In this document: piece by piece, positions 61,401 through 64,000 of the stretch
How the letters are laid out: each line of letters opens with the position of its first letter
How positions within the stretch are numbered: position 1 is the stretch's first letter
Source: Chrysemys picta bellii
Taxonomy: Eukaryota
Reading direction: 5' to 3'
DNA length: 64,000 nucleotides
NCBI RefSeq assembly: GCF_011386835.1
Contig: NC_088797.1
Span: 87,606,001-87,670,000, forward strand
Made by a program: the position numbers and the translations under genes
Notes under the pieces: generated by a model
Told to the model about the DNA's origin: nothing
The model's database searches: none
Seen by the model: only the letters and a program-made list of their open reading frames with translations

Positions 61401-64000
61401 TTACTCCTATAATTCACTATGTAAACTGGGTCACTGTATCTCATGTACAAACATTCACAAAGCAAACCTGGTAGTTTCCTGCAGCTCTATTCTTCCCCTG
61501 TGACTTCCCCATTCATAAAGAATCCTCCAGATAATGGCCCAGGTGCTCAGATAACGTCTCCTGAAGTTATCCGAGGTCTCTGAGTGAAGTTGAGGGCAGC
61601 AGAGAGGTGATGGTGAAGTCCGGCAAGTGCGTCATTTCTTTGGAAAGCAAAAGAATCTCGTGCAAGGTCACTCTGCAGCACAGCAAGGGAGCCAAGCATT
61701 TTTGGCTTGGGTTCACTTTTGATAATTTGTGCTTTTTCTCTCTTTTTTACTTTGTGAATGGCCTTGTGAATAAGCACACTAACCCAGGAGGCTTTCCCTT
61801 TCTGTGCTTTCCTTTTTCACAGGAGATTAAGGGGCGGGGGTAAGGGTATTGCTGGTGAAATTTGCTGGCTTGACACTGCTGCAGAATGAAGCTTCTCTTT
61901 ATCCACAAAAGATCCCCTCACATTGCCCCTTTAATATGATTTGGTCACACTCTGTATTAGGAATCTATTTACACATTGTTTATAAGGGGTTACTAAACAA
62001 ATAGTAGATGTTACAAATGTGAGTTGTTTGCATTATAGATGGTTATAAGCACAACAGTAGAAGATGTTATAGATATTTTTGAGCCATGGTTATAGTGACC
62101 TGCTAGTCTTTATAACAATCTATAACATCTGTTACTAATTCCCTGAACCATAATTCCCCCCAATTAAGAGTATCCCTTAATTGTAAGGATATTGGGGGTA
62201 TGGATGGGAGTTGTCTCTCTAGATTGTCTGAATGTTTGTGACCAGAATGAGTGTGATATGAGACAAAGGCAATAGGGAGTTACCTAGAAAGAGAGCTGAG
62301 GGCAGTCAGACCTGTAGTGCTGTCAACAGAGGCTGATGGAACGCCATTCAGAATCCATTGCTATTGCCATGTGAGGCATTCATTTCACATTTGTTTAGCT
62401 AGTTTTGCACAGAGCACTGTGTATCTCTTGATGACTAAAAGAAACAGCCAAGGCACCCAAAGCATAAGAGTTGCCCTGTGTTAATACATTTTCTTATTCA
62501 TCTCTGGAGACCAGGGCTCAAATATGGAGTAAGTCAAAAGTGAAATGTGTTTGGTGAGCTCAATATAGTCCCTGGGACATGTGCCCATAGCACAAAACCA
62601 CTTCACAAAATTATGTATCAAAACCCATCTTCAGTGCCTTTTCCTGGGCCACTACTTGTGCAGTCCTGTGCTGTACATGAGTGATTAGAGGCTGGCTGAC
62701 CCCAGACAGTAATTCTTTCTCCCCTAGTCCAAAATCCCTTCCTGATACTTTCACCCTGAGAAAGCATCACTATTTTTCCCTTTAGCTAAGGCTTTGGCAA
62801 TGACAATTTGTAATACATGGAACGTTCCACTGGGTGTCACTGTTCCTCCACACTAATCTCCGCTATAGCGTGGGAACCTGACAGGAAACATCTCTCTTTA
62901 GTTTAAGTGCTCTGGTGCTGAAGATGGCGCCAGATGTATCTTGGAAGACCCACTCCTCCCATGCAGGCTGGATGTTCCTCTTAGAGCCTGTTGGTTCCAC
63001 TTACAGAAAATTGCTGGTGGGAGTTATGCACGTTCTGGCAGTAGTGAAGGGACTAGCAAGATCCTACTGGTGCCCAGAGAATGCCCTAAGAGTAACAATT
63101 AATGTTGTGCTCTACAGTTAGATATAGAAAATAGAGTAGGCATTTCTTTATTTTTCCTTACATACATTTTAAGATGAATCTGGTGTTCATGAAAGGGTAG
63201 GATTGAGTTAACAACCTTTCTCCGCAGCCCCCAGCCTTGTTGAAGATGGCCCTACTCAGCTCTGCCAGCCCAGAGTTCAGGAACTGAACTAGACTGTTCC
63301 ATTCTTGGGCCCTACTCCATAGAGTTATTCCAATGCACTTGAGCTCTCAGATAAAGCGTCTCCAACTGTCCTACTCCTGTCCTCTCACAGCTCAGTCAGC
63401 CTTCCTCATTCCTTTTCTAGCTATTCCAAGCCTGTGCCACCTCCCAGCTCTTCAGTGCACTTAGCTGTAACCTGAAGCAGTCCCCCATAGTCTACTACTA
63501 GATCCCAGCTCAGTTTAGCAAATAGACACCAGTCTTAACCTGCAACAACCACTGATATCCCTGCCTTGGATTCCTAAATAGCTCTGTCTCTGTACTTCAC
63601 TTCTGATCTGACCCACCCTCTGCTGAACCACCTCTTAGTTCTGCTATTGCATCTCAATCCCAAGTTACAGTATGCCTTGTCATTATAGTCCTGGACTCCA
63701 CACAATAATGCCAATATATGCGATGCAGGACCTCCTACTATTATAGTCATAGATCTGTCCGGGCACCCACAAACAACATCCCCTCCTAGTTCAGTCCTGG
63801 GCATCTTCCCTAATGACCAGAAATAGACAAAGCTGCCAAATTGTGTGGTGGTTCTGTCATGAGGTGGTTCTTTCATCCAGTAGGCTCCAGGGTAAGACTA
63901 TCAAATGCATAGACACAACTTTTGTTAGAAATAAAAAGGAGAGCAAACACTGAAAGGAGAACAAGAAAGGAATAGATTGGCAAAAAGATGATGTGTTCGT

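Noticed and set aside
61940-62190. AT-rich segment resembling an ancient DNA transposon
   Set aside because: Termini and TSD could not be defined, so it was not reported as a feature.
60400-64000. MTTP-like exon 6 candidates (acceptors near 60477, 61530, 61822, 62901 and 63227)
   Set aside because: None gave an open phase-0 exon of about 140 nt resembling MTTP exon 6; they contain early stops or unrelated peptides.

Overview
Vertebrate genomic DNA, very probably turtle (Testudines), judged from the tortoise-type tRNA-derived SINE and the CR1, Penelope, Harbinger and hAT repeat families. Three genes are supported, all by manual splicing. (1) A CpG-island promoter and first exon (ATG immediately followed by GTGAG) of a minus-strand gene that leaves the window to the left. 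By human synteny this could be SGPL1, but no coding sequence was seen. (2) A complete plus-strand TBATA (SPATIAL) gene: 8 well-supported coding exons from 32871 to 45057, plus a probable first exon at 32332-32387, giving about 369 aa. (3) The first five coding exons (55423-60392, 204 aa) of a divergent paralogue of the microsomal triglyceride transfer protein large subunit (MTTP-like). Its exon sizes and phases match MTTP, exon 5 ends in a GC donor, and exon 6 was not found in the window. The rest is a dense, nested transposon landscape: hAT MITEs with 8-bp TSDs, a decayed Harbinger, a Tigger-like MITE, CR1 fragments, SINEs, and Penelope elements that carry minimal hammerhead-ribozyme motifs. 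Comparisons with human proteins and synteny are from memory and hand alignment; no database search was run.
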